This document shows, in pieces, positions 37,173 through 48,396 of a DNA stretch of 64,000 nucleotides (positions within the stretch are counted from its first letter, which is position 1; each line of letters opens with the position of its first letter). Source of the stretch: Lama guanicoe (Eukaryota); assembly GCA_013239625.1 (NCBI GenBank), contig MU053304.1, positions 682,001-746,000 on the forward strand. The letters are read 5' to 3'. A program made the position numbers and the translations under genes. The notes beneath the pieces were generated by a model that saw nothing but the letters and a program-made list of their open reading frames with translations, was not told where the DNA came from and ran no database searches.

Positions 37173-40100
37173 CTTTAAAAGCCAGCCTACTCTTTGCCCT
37201 AGGGTATGACCTTTGTTTGGCCAGGGTGGCAGCGTTGTTGTTGGGGAAAGAGCGCCCTCAGACAGAGGCTCCCTCTGGCTGGCTCCTCCCTCTGGCATTG
37301 GACAAAGTAGCCCTTGGCAGACCCCAGGGAGCCCCCTTTGGCTTGGCAGAGCCCACCCCCTGTGAGGTCCTCCAAACCACCTTGAGGGCTGCAGGAGGCG
37401 GTTGTGTTGACTGAGGATGCTGGGCGCTGTCACTGAACTCTGCAAGGATGATGGCATCAGCGCCTTCCGGGAAGGACGCTGCGGGAGGCAGGGGTGGATG
37501 GCTGTTGGTGAGAGTCAGCTTGGTCCCTGAATGCCCCCTAGCTATCCCCCCAGGATAGGTAGCCTGGGTAGCCAGGAGCCAGAGCCAGGAAATGGCAATG
37601 GTCTGGCAGGAGATGCAGCCAGATTAGGGCAGAGCAAAAAACGCACATGGGAAAAGCACATGGACGGCAGTCACTTGCGAGTTAGAAAAAAGTAATCTGC
37701 TACAGGAACACATGGTGCTGGGTACTAGAAAAAGGTAAACTTCCATATATTGGTAAATTGAGAGGTGCCCCGCGTGACAGGCGATCACGTATTAGAAAAG
37801 GCCGGCTCGCTTATACTATCTCTGTTCATCAGTAGGAGCATTGTGTTGGGAGTAGCAATAAAAGGCTTCTGGAGATATTTAATCTTTACTTGCGTTTGGA
37901 ATGCTGCTGAGTCATGATCCCACAGCTGAGCATTCTCACGCCAGATGGACGGAGCTTCAGTCCTCCGGAGGAGCTACCGTTTGCATTAAGGCACAGATGG
38001 AGGTGCTCAGCGGCTCCCTAAGTGGACTCTGCTCATTAGGGTCCATAACTGGCTCTCAGCCTTGCTGTGGATATTTCATCTGGGCTGCAGCAAAGCTGGG
38101 AGAGGGGTGGGGGTCTGGGGAGGGAGCACGCCGGATGAAGGCAAATTTGAAAAGCTCACCAACAGTTCACACGTGTCTGTATGTGTGTGTATAAACGCGC
38201 AGTCAAGCTACCCTGGTTTCCCCGGCCTCCTTGTTCTTAGTCTGCAGTTTCCTTTCGCAGGATGCACTGTATGTGGCATCATGAGCTGTCATCTATCGTC
38301 TGGGGACAAATGTGATAAGGGAAGAGCATATATGGACACATAGGTAAAATCTCTTTCTTCCTTATTTTCTAAAAGCCACGATATTTGTGGCTGGATAGGA
38401 ACTTCGACACTGTTTGCTACTGATCCTGGCCTGGGACTGGGCGGACGTCTGGGCTGGAGTGAGAGCTCCCACGGGAGGAGCCCATTCCCTCGCTTGCCCT
38501 CAGGCCACATGGAGGGAATGTCCAGGCAAATGCCTTCCTGTCCAGCTGGGCTCCCCTCCATCTCTGTGTGGACCATGTGCCAGCGCCACGCAGGGTGGGA
38601 ACTCAGTAGATGGCAGGCAGCCGGTGGGTGGCGGGAAAGGCCATGTGACCGCCTGGGCAGCCTGGCCCCTCACCTTCCCGGAGGTGACAGCTGGAAACCA
38701 ACCCCGCCCATTCCAAGTGCAGGCCAGTCCCTCCAGGCCTGTCTTGACAGATTTCCCGGGAGAGCACCTTGGCTCTTCTTGGGATAAATGCTACCCCCCT
38801 TTTAAAAAAATGCATTTTCATAGCCTGGTTAACAGGCTACTCAAAGCTAAGGAGTCTAAGAAGGGATAGGAAAAAAGAAAAGGAAAGCTTGGCTCCAGGG
38901 AAGGCAGTGGGGTGGTGGGGCCTGAATCTTTTAACTCCCTACATCCCAGGAAGGCAATTTCAACAGCAAGACCAGTTGCAGTTATGCACTGGAGCTGCAA
39001 TTATTTTTAAGCCACTTCAAAGTCTGGGCTAAGAGATAAAAGTTATCATTCTGTCCACTACCCAAACCCCGAGCTCCAGGGCCTTCCGCCGGTTCCGAGC
39101 GGTCAAGCAGCACCACTCGTCTTCTGGGGACAGGGACGACCCTCCCGCTAAAGACTGAGAGAGAGGAGTTGGGGGAAGCTGAGGAACATAGGTCCGCCAC
39201 TCAATCCATCAGAGAGCCCCCCCCTTCTCTTACTGATTCATCAAACACATATTTTGAGCACCTGCTCTGGGCCAGGGTATGGGAACACAGGGAAATGCCC
39301 TACACATGGCCCATCTTTGAGGACAGTGGGAGACGGTCATGGAGCATGTGACCACGCAGTGGGCTCCGGGGCCCCTTGCAGGGGGACGTGCTGTGTGACT
39401 GGATCTTGGGTTCAGGTGGGAGAAAAGGGTACTTAGCTGAGACCTGGAGCCGCTGGGTGAAGAGGAGGTTGCCGTGGGGAAAGACTACTCCAGGCAGGGC
39501 TCAGAGAGTCACTGGGAAGGAGGGGAGGGAACAACAGCATATGTTTCCTTCTTTCCATCTTCCCCTTCCTCAAACAGCGCCCCCTAAATAAGAGTTGAAT
39601 TCAAGTGATTGACAGTAAGGTGAGAGCACCCATGGGTTTAACCCTGAGGGGGCACCTGTGCCCAACAGGGGCTTGGAAGGCCAGCGGGGTAACTGCACTG
39701 GAAGTCATGAGGGAATGTTTCCAGGAAGAGAGACTTTGGGGTCCCTGTCTACATGAAAACAGTCATTTCTGGGGAGAGAGATGAGCCTCAGAAATGAATT
39801 CAGCATTTATAGGAAGAAAAAAGAACTGGCCCCTACTCCGGAAGGGCAGATTTGGCCTGGCCGAGTGGCAAGTCTGGCTCTGGGTGGGGCCCTGGGTGCC
39901 AGGAGGCAAGGGCAGCAGGGCCCCACCTCACTGAGGTCTCTTGTTTTGAGCCCACACTTCAGGAGGGTGCCGTGGGCCAAAGAACCCCCCATCCAGCTGA
40001 CTAGTGTGGGCCCCAGACATTTCCAATCCCAGAGCCCACCTCCAGCCACTCTGAGAGGGGAGGAGGCCCAGGAAGGGCAGGTGGTCCTGGGGCCCCAGCC

Positions 40101-41570
40101 AGTCAGGGGTTGGGCTGGAGGAGACCAGATGCTCGGCCCTCTGGCTCACCCTGCTCTCCTTTACATCCTCAGCCCGGTCAAGGTATCCGGGACTGGCCCC
40201 CACCCTAGTCCAGGCTCCATGTCTTTCCTGTGGGCTTGTCCCCACACAGCTCTGCTGGCCCGAAGCCCAAACAGCAGTAGCAGGAGTGGGGGGTGCAGGC
40301 GTGCTGCCTGCCCTAAGGAGGGTGACTCCAGCACCCTCCCCGCCCCTTGCCCCCCTGACTTCCTCCACCAGTGGGTGCCGGCTCTGCCAGGCCTTCTGCC
40401 TGTTCTCAGTAGCACTGGCAGCTCCAGGTGTTCCCACACCTTCTAGAACTCAGCAGGAATTCCTATTTCTGCAGGGTTTCCATCAGTGGGAGCCTGCAGG
40501 AAGGGCAGTAAGGCCCCTATAAGGGGACAATGGCCAGCGGCTGGTTTCTCAGACTCCCCTGGCCTGGGAGGGGGCCACCTCTGCAGAGGGTGGGGTGGCT
40601 TCTGGCCTTGAGGCCGGAAATGGGGGCCTCTCACCACCTCACCCAGCTCCCCAAGTCCCCGCTGCTGCGGAAGGAGCTGCTGATCTGGTAAGTGAGCTGT
40701 GATCACAGCTGAGGTAGAGGCCTGTTCACTCAGCACCTCACTGCAGGCAGGGACGTACTTCCCTATTCTACAGGAAGGTGGAGCCCAGAAGGCCTGACCA
40801 GCCACCATGGCAAGGTTCCTCTAACTCAGAGACTCCCGGGGTGTGGTCATGTCCAACATGTTCCAGAGCATGTTCCAGTGTTCTAGAGCAAGAGCTTGGT
40901 GCTGTGTCCTGAAACACTCAGCCTGCAGGGCTCCGCGTGGCCGGGAGGAAGTGGTGGGCTGCGGCCAAGAGACAGGTTAGGTCTGAGTCCAGGGCCAGTG
41001 CCCTCCACCCCCAGCAGGTTTCTTCAGAAGGAAGAGGCCTGTGAGATCATCAAAAAAGCCCTTTCTAGACTCTAAAGAACCCCTAGTAACCCTTCAAGGC
41101 CAGTCTGTGCTTATTTGGTACAGAGGAAGAGAAAATATCTGCTTTTTTTTTTCCCCTTCCTGGGAGTCCAGTTTCTCTTTTAGGAAGCTGGCATCTGAGC
41201 CAAACCATTTTACTAACCTCGTTCTTCATCTTTCTCCCCTCCACACCACCTTCTCCAAAAGCAAATTGCTAGGATTGGACATTGACTTCAAGTTACCCCG
41301 AATCACACACCCTCCCGAACATGTTCACTTAGCAGTTCTTAAAACTAGTCCCTTGGGCATGTTAATAAGTTTTCTCTCCTTTCCATCTGAAGACCAATAA
41401 TTCCCGGGTGGTGGGTCCCTCCCCTTGGGCTCTGAGGTTAGCAGGCGTGGTGCCCACACTCCCCTGAGTGTCTCAGAACCACAGTTCAGGCCCCAGAGAA
41501 ATGCTCCTTTGCTTCCATTGTCAGAGGCCAGGCCTCAGAGGAGCCTCCCCAGGATACTCCCCATCCCTAC

Positions 41571-41700
41571 CTGGAAGTCTCTCCACTGTCCGGGGCCTGG
41601 GGTACCTCCCAAGGCCGCCTAGGGGTCCCCGCTGGGGGCAGGCGGGGCTCTCCTGGCCGTCCTGCTGGCAACCACTCTCCCGGCTTGGCGTCGATGGCGG
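41571..41700 (-). CDS. ARMC9: ARMC9 coding exon (130 nt)
   Basis: ctctctctcctcctctccAG|CC GCC ATC...TCC AG|GTAGGG; AIDAKPGEWLPAGRPGEPRLPPAGTPRRPWEVPQAPDSGETS(R). Not in the ORF track; phases fit both neighbours. Confidence 0.88.
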
Positions 41701-42069
41701 CTGGAGAGGAGGAGAGAGAGCTCAGTTGACTTCTGCTCTGGAAGCTCTTTGAGGATGCTCTTTACTGGGCAGGGCCGTGGAGCCAAGAAAAGCACACACC
41801 CCAGGCCAGTCCCTGACGGCTCCTGGCGCCTATGGAGGGGCCTTGTTTACTTGTGCAGCTTGGGAACTTTCCAGACGACCACTTGACGTACTTATAACCT
41901 GAGGGTGCAGCAGGCTCGCTCTGGCTGGCCCACACGCAGCACAGGGAAGCACAGACCATGACCCCCCTGCCCCCTTCACCCCCACGCCTCTCAGGGAAAA
42001 GCCAACAAAACCCAGAATTGTCTCCTGGGCCCCTGCTTGGCACCACCGCACAGCGGCATGGAGACACTG

Positions 42070-42145
42070 AAAAACTATTTATTTTTACCTGAAGTTCAAG
42101 TTCAACTGGGGGTCCTGTATTTTTATTTGCCAAATCTAGCACCCC
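42070..42145. mobile_element. MER53-like DNA element fragment
   Basis: aagttcaagttcaactgggggtcctgtatttttatttgccaaatctagcaccc resembles the MER53 end. Confidence 0.55.
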
Positions 42146-45100
42146 CAGAGGTGGGGCTCTCTTTGCCCTGAGCTGCCCCAGGCTCCTTCAGGCCTGAATC
42201 CCTCAGTCCTCCCACAGGGGCAGGAACCTCCCTTATACCAAAAACAAGGACTAGACCACCTGGGTCATCCGTGAGACCACAGGACAGTGATGGGAGAAGT
42301 CCCAGATGACACTGCCGAGGATTTCTCCCGAGGCTCCAGGACGGGCCTATTCTGTATTTCACGTGACATGGAGCCTCCTTCTCTGGCCCCATTTCCTCTC
42401 TCCTCCTTCTACAGCAAAAGGGGTCCACGTCGCTATCAAAGCAACACTGGGACAAAGTCTGGATTCACTGCTTCCTTAATCCAGGCTACTTTCAGCTCCT
42501 TCATTAAAAAAAAAGAAATCTCTGTAGTACCTGTGCAATATGGCCTCCACTTTATCTTAGAGTCTTCCCTGAAGGTCTCCTCAAAACCACAGAAAGGGGC
42601 AGGGTTTTGATTGCCACGTAACTCTCTTTTGACCCACATAAGGACTCTGCTTCTGGTATGGAACCCAATGGCTGGCTTTATTTACAGTCCACACTGGACA
42701 GTTTCCACCCAGAGCTGGGACTGGAACCAGAATTTTGGCCTTCTCTGATCTGTTCTTCAATTGACAACTGGCTAGCTTGTCTGTGACCTCTGCTCAGTGG
42801 GCTTATAATAAGGCCCAGGACACCAGACGTCGGTGTATGAAGTAATAGTTGAGTGGAACTACACACAGTGCTGGGCTACACAGGGAAGACCCAGGAGAAT
42901 TAATGGCGTTACAAGATGGCGCCCAGGGGTAGGCAGCCCTCCAGGAGGAGCCTTCCCGGGCCGGTGGAGGTGAGGGACAGGTGGCAAAGCCCCCTGGCAG
43001 GAGGGAGGAGAAATGAAGCTGAGCTCTCTGGAGACCCTCTGAGGTCTTCTTGGTTTGTCACCAAGCTACCCACTTCCCCCCTTGCCTACTCCTCCACTTT
43101 GGCCACATGGCAGACTTTCAGAGCCCACCCTGGCCCCCAAATATCAGAGCCACTGGAAGAGCCGGGAGCTGGGAGGAGAAGGGCAGCTGCGTGCATGTCC
43201 CTGAGGCTTCCTGGGACAAATTTCTGTTTTCCTACCTATTAATCCAATTCAAACAGGGCTGGCATTTTACCTCCAGGGTCCACTGACAAGCCATGTGATT
43301 TTGATATCCTGGAGAGTCTTGGTTGAGGGGGAAATGAGAATAACTTTCCTCAAGCTAGTATCTTGCAAAATTCTAAGTCACATTCTTGGCTTTTTTATCT
43401 TGAGAACCATTTCCTTTTGGCTCTGCGGGGCTGAGTCCTTTGCTTAAAAATAATGTACTTTCCGGCCCCGCATTCAACTGATCAGGCAGTTGGAGGATCC
43501 TGTCAGTTCCTCATCAGGAGTTCTGCCTTCAGTGCTGACCGAAAGCACAGATGTGAAGGGGGCATCCTGAGCAGCCCCGACATGAGGGCTGTGGGCTCCC
43601 ACGGGTCTCGAGGTGGGACCTTAGTTTTCAGTATGAGCGAAGTGAAGGCCAGGAGGCCAGACTTGGTAGCAAGTCATGTGTGAGGGGACCTGTGGGGATT
43701 AGCTGGGCAAGGCCAGAATGGGAGAGGGGGACAAGGTGAGAGAGAGCCGAGACGTGGAAGAAAGGGCTGGACAAGCAGGACTGGATGGATGGAGGGGAGG
43801 AGAGGAAGTCAGCTCAGCCCCCGCCCGTGAAGGAATAAAACTGGAGACAGTGAGGATGAGGATGGCCACACAGCCCACCACCGTCCTCACTCCCCAGTTG
43901 TGGCACTCGTCCTGGTTGAGCCCAAACGCAGCCTCAGAACCAGTCTCCACGCAGCACTTCAGCCCGTTAGCTGAAGCCTGTGTGCACCCATCCTCATATG
44001 GAGGCTGAGTGAGAAGAAGCGATGGCGGCGGCGACACCAGGTGGGGGAGCTGACAGTGGTCCATGGAGGAGGCAAGGGGCCTGGGGTGGCTGGGGCTGTG
44101 TCAGCCTGAAAGTGGGTAGAAGGAAGAACAGAATCTACACCAGAAATGGAATCTATGTTCATTAAATGACCCAGAGAAAGCTGTTAACCTGGATGCTTGA
44201 CTTCTCCAAGGGGAGAACTTTTGTCAAGTAAAAGGATTTTAAAGGAGGACTAAGGGTGCTGCTGGCCTGAGGTGCAGGGCAGGAGAAAGAGATTTATATG
44301 CCGGTGTCTGGCCAGGGGAGTGAAGCTAGACCGCGGGTTAGTGTTCCGGAGTCCACCGAGGCAGGCGGGCAGTGGATGGGCTCCCAGGATGGGAGTCCGG
44401 GATCCCAGCTGGGCCTGAATGAATAGGAGCAGGTGGAGGGTGAGACCCGAGGATCACACGGCCTCAGTGTCCACAGCAGGCTCCTGGGTGCGCCCGACCG
44501 CACGACTTGGGACGATCAGCTACCTGGCCCCAGAGGGCCCATCTGGTGGGGCGGGGGAGCAGCTGCTGCCTCCCCAGGGAGAGGCACTGGGAACTGCTGG
44601 TGATCGCCAGGGCCGAGTGACTGGTGGGTACCCACTGTTTTCATGTGAGGAACCTGAATTTAGCAGGGCCCAAATCAATTGTTGTTGAAGATAACAATAA
44701 TGTCTATGTCGCCAGCAGCAGCAGCAGCTGCCACTCAGCTGCCTGTATCCCTGACAACAGCAAGGGCCTCCACCCCGCAGGTAATGGAATGATAAATCTT
44801 TCCAAATACAGGACCATACTTACAGTCAGTACAAGACTGAGGGCCACTCCAGTGGCATTTGGGTAAAACAAGGATATTATGATAAAAAGTTACCCTAAGT
44901 GCAACTTGTTGGACGTCCAGGCCTATAAAACTTGAAATCATTTTTAACTCAGTGGCATTAGGTCAAATTGGCAAAAATTGTTAGACCACCTAAAACCTCC
45001 ACCCTGGCGGCAAAAATCTGTGGATGAAATATCGAGCTAATCATCTCTTAGGGAAGGCATATTACTGTTTGCAGCTCTAACAAAACACATGTAAAATAAC

Positions 45101-45896
45101 AGATGATCAAAGTTGGCCAAACTTCTAAAACTGCTTATTATCAAGAGACCCTCTCCCAGAGTCCCAAATAACCTGGCTTTCTCCTGGCCCTGACAGGCCT
45201 ACTGCTCAGAACTGGGGCTCAGAGGCTTTTGAATCCAATTGTGAGCAGATTATAAAAGCCTGCAGATGTTTCTCATACTGGAATCTGACCTGCTCCTCTG
45301 TTGTTTTTCCTTCTTGAATGGAGATTAGAGTCTTATCTGACCTGTTCATATCCTTTTAATTTCCTCTTGAAAATTAAAAAAAAAACTTGTACATTTCTAA
45401 TTCAAAACATATATTTTTTCTGGCATCTAAAAAATACTTTTATTCCCCATCAGTCTCTGGTGAATTCAACCAGATGCTTCAAAATGTGTTTGAATCCCAC
45501 AGTAGCTGTTGCTACTAGTCACACATTTCTGACTCAATTCAGCCTTGTAACGTGTGGCTGACCACCTCAGCCCCAGAGTGTGGGGGGCACCAAAGCTTTG
45601 GTCATAGATCTACATCATTCTGAGAGTCCTACTTCAAAATCTCACATTAAACATGGCTTTCCCCAATCAGAAATCTTTTTCAAATAGCTTACAGATGTGA
45701 GCAGTGGACACAGTGCTCGGAGAGAAGGGGTCTGGAGAAAAAGCCCAGGGGCAGGTCTGGCTGCGTGGTCACAGGTCCCTGGGTCTCTATGCACAGGGCA
45801 GTGGCTGAGATCAGAGGGCTTCTCAGGAGCAAATGTGTGACCAAGGCCTTTCTGGGTCTGTAACTGCTGCTGCTTCATTAAGAGTCTAGGCATCAC

Positions 45897-46080
45897 CAGT
45901 CCCACAGCTGCCCCCTAGTCCAGAGCTGCCCCAGCCCCATGGCTGCTCCTCAGTCCAGAGCTGCTCCTGGTCCAACAGCTGCCCCCAGTCCAGAGCTGCT
46001 CCTGGTCCCACTGCTGCCCCTAGTCCAGAGCTGCCCCCTAGTCTCACAGTTGCCCCCCAAGTCCCACAGCTGCCCCCCCC
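45897..46080. repeat. GC-rich minisatellite, about 17-18 bp unit (agtccagagctgcccct / agtcccacagctgcccc)
   Basis: About 10 degenerate tandem copies seen directly. Confidence 0.85.
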
Positions 46081-46099
46081 ACGCTGCCAGAGTTCTTAC

Positions 46100-46236
46100 A
46101 CGAATAGGAAACGCCAGGCTCAGAAGCACCAGGCTTGCCCCCTTTGCAGACTGGAAGGTGCGCGTTCAGCAGGGACGGAAGGGAGCCGTTCCTGGCGTGT
46201 CGGGCTGTCTGAGGAGACACGGGATGGTTTTCCAGC
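46100..46236 (-). CDS. ARMC9: ARMC9 coding exon (137 nt)
   Basis: cttttccctccAG|G CTG GAA...TCG T|GTAAGA; LENHPVSPQTARHARNGSLPSLLNAHLPVCKGGKPGASEPGVSYS, similar to human VEDQHTPPQTAQHARNG...; phases 2 and 1 fit neighbours. Confidence 0.88.
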
Positions 46237-47019
46237 CTGGAGGGAAAAGTGAAAGCAATAAATAAGATAGGAGAGACTGGACTGCTGACTACGGTGCAGC
46301 GTCAGTAAGTGGAAGTGCCTGAAGTTCTTTTGTTAAACTGGAGTTAATAGACATTAAATCTCTTTAAGAAACTAGGAAGTGTCCTTACTTCACTCTCGTT
46401 AGCTCTTATAAATTTACAGTGAAACGTGGCTTATTATTTTTCTAACACACAATTGTATCTTTTGGCTTTGATGACTCAGGAGCATGATACTTCAACCAGA
46501 CAATTTAAAGCACCAATCTTCTGGGTTTGCCTCCAAGGATGAAGCTGATTAGCCAAGGGATGAAGCCAACCAGAAAAGACATGACGTGTCATGTCAGCCG
46601 TGACAACCAGAGTCAGGCAGGAACAGCACCAGGGAAGAGCTTGTTTTCTAATGGTGTGTGCAGTGCCTCACGCTGGCACCCGGGGCGGAGGAGACGCATT
46701 CAGCCAGCAGACATGCACTGGGCGCCTGCGAGAGACGGGGACCTGGGCCAGCACATCACAGAGAGGCAGGGTGGCGTCTCAGGTCAACCTTCACAACAGA
46801 ACAGAGGAAGGTTCTCCAGTGCGGGCAGAGCATCTCAGTGCTCACTCCCCCTCAATAAGGGGACACTAGCCACCTGCTCCAGCAAGGGCTGGGTGAGGAC
46901 ACACCATGGCAGGCGTGTGCCTGCCCTTCCGAGGGATGGGCCCCCCTGAAGAGGCTGTTCTTGAATGTCAGTTCCAGTAGCAAAGACAAACAGACATTTA
47001 ACTGTCCTGTGGGGCAGGA

Positions 47020-47024
<5 letters not shown>

Positions 47025-47058
<34 letters not shown>

Positions 47059-47120
47059 TATGTGTGTGTGAGACACAGAGAGAGAGACAGAGAGAGACAG
47101 AGACAGAGACAGAGGCATAG
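47025..47120. repeat. Compound (TG)n-(GA/GACA)n microsatellite
   Basis: Seen directly. Confidence 0.9.
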
Positions 47121-47399
47121 AGACTCAGTCAGTCCTGGAGTCTGAGCTGGGGTTTGCCAGGGGCCCAAAGAGGGAACATTTCCCAGCAGGGGTGGCACCA
47201 CAAGCAAGGGGAAGACACACACACACAAAAGGCCTATACTTATGCTGCGTTGTCAGACAGATTTACTGCATCCAAAAAATGCAGACTGGAGGCTGCAAGT
47301 GTCCTGGGGAACTTGGAGCTTCGAGGGCTGAGGTTGGGGAGAATCAATTAAGAAGGAGCTGGTTGGCCAGATTCGACTTGGTCTCTAGGGGAAATAGGA

Positions 47400-48240
47400 G
47401 TCACAGAGATGACGTTCCATGACGATGTGCTAGAAAGATCATTCTGTCTATAGTCCTGGAGGGTGGACCTCAGTAGGGAGAATGGTTAGGAGGCTCTCCT
47501 CGGCCTGGGGAGGAGATGGCTCAGGAGGGCAGACAGAAGGGCCAGAGCCAGGAGAGCAGGTGGGAGGGAGAGGGCTGGGTGGCCCATAGGATGAGATCCT
47601 GGCTTGGGTGTCTGGGGGTGTTAACATCGTTCCATGAAGCAGGGGGCTCAGAAGTGGTGTTCATCCAGGAAATGCTGAACTGGGGGTGCTGTGGGGCCAC
47701 ATCTAGCCCTGGGGGGCAAGTCTGGGCTGGAATCAGAGATTTGGGGGTCAGCAGCATGTAATGGGAGAACAAGCAGGATGGGATGGGGACCTTAAACGGG
47801 GCCTGCAGGACACAGTGTTTTAGGAGGAAGAGGGTTGGGAATCGGAGAACAGCCCACAGTGGCTGTGGGTCGGAGGTGGGAGAGCTATCAGGAGGGTGGT
47901 CACCAGTGGCAACCGAGAGAGATGCCAAGTGCCGGAAACTGGAGGGCCACCTGTGGCCATGGCAACAATAACTCACTGGAGTCACTGCCAGACCACGCAA
48001 AGGGCTGTGAAGGGAAGGACGAGGCAGGGGAGTAGCCAGAGGCCAGGGGGTGAGGGAGGCAGGGAGATGTGAAGCCTGGTGAAAGGCCTTGGGAAAGAAG
48101 GCAGCGGAGGGGAGGCTGAAGATGGAACAAAAGAGGTGTTAAATGAAGGAGCAAAGTTTGGGCAGTGACAGTGGAGAGAGGATCCAAGGAGGGTAAGGCT
48201 TGGCAGAGGGGAGGTGGGAGAGGCCCTCATCCCATGCTGG
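47400..48240 (+). mobile_element. Degenerate L2 LINE fragment
   Basis: G/A-rich with motifs gtctgggctggaatcagagatttgggggtcagcagc and gaccttaaacggggcc...tttaggagg typical of L2. Confidence 0.45.
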
Positions 48241-48322
48241 GGTGAGAGAGGGTCCCACATTGCACGGGAGTGACTATATGCATTATTGTCTTCTCTTAAA
48301 TGGATTATGACTATATATTTAA

Positions 48323-48396
48323 TGGAGGCACTGGGGATTGAACTCAGGATCTTGTGCATGCTAAGCATACACTGTACCACTGAGCTGTACCCTCCC
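48323..48396 (-). mobile_element. tRNA-Ala(AGC)-derived SINE (camelid Vic-1-like)
   Basis: Reverse complement gggagggtacagctcagtggtacagtgtatgcttagcatgcacaagatcctgagttcaatccccagtgcctcca: A box, AGC anticodon loop, B box, with stem mismatches. Confidence 0.8.

Noticed and set aside
43990..44135. Strong-looking minus-strand acceptor (ttcttccttctacccactttcAG at 44107-44106) as an extra ARMC9 exon
   Set aside because: Splicing from the 46100 donor gives an immediate stop (TGC TGA), no convincing donor follows, and the flanking exons already join in phase.
45897..46080. Repeat array as CRISPR-like or coding repeat (108-aa ORF 45939)
   Set aside because: No unique spacers, eukaryotic intron context; the ORF is a product of the minisatellite.
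48323..48396. Apparent tRNA-Ala(AGC) gene
   Set aside because: Stem mismatches and a similar TSD/poly(A)-flanked copy at 52234 indicate a SINE, not a functional tRNA.
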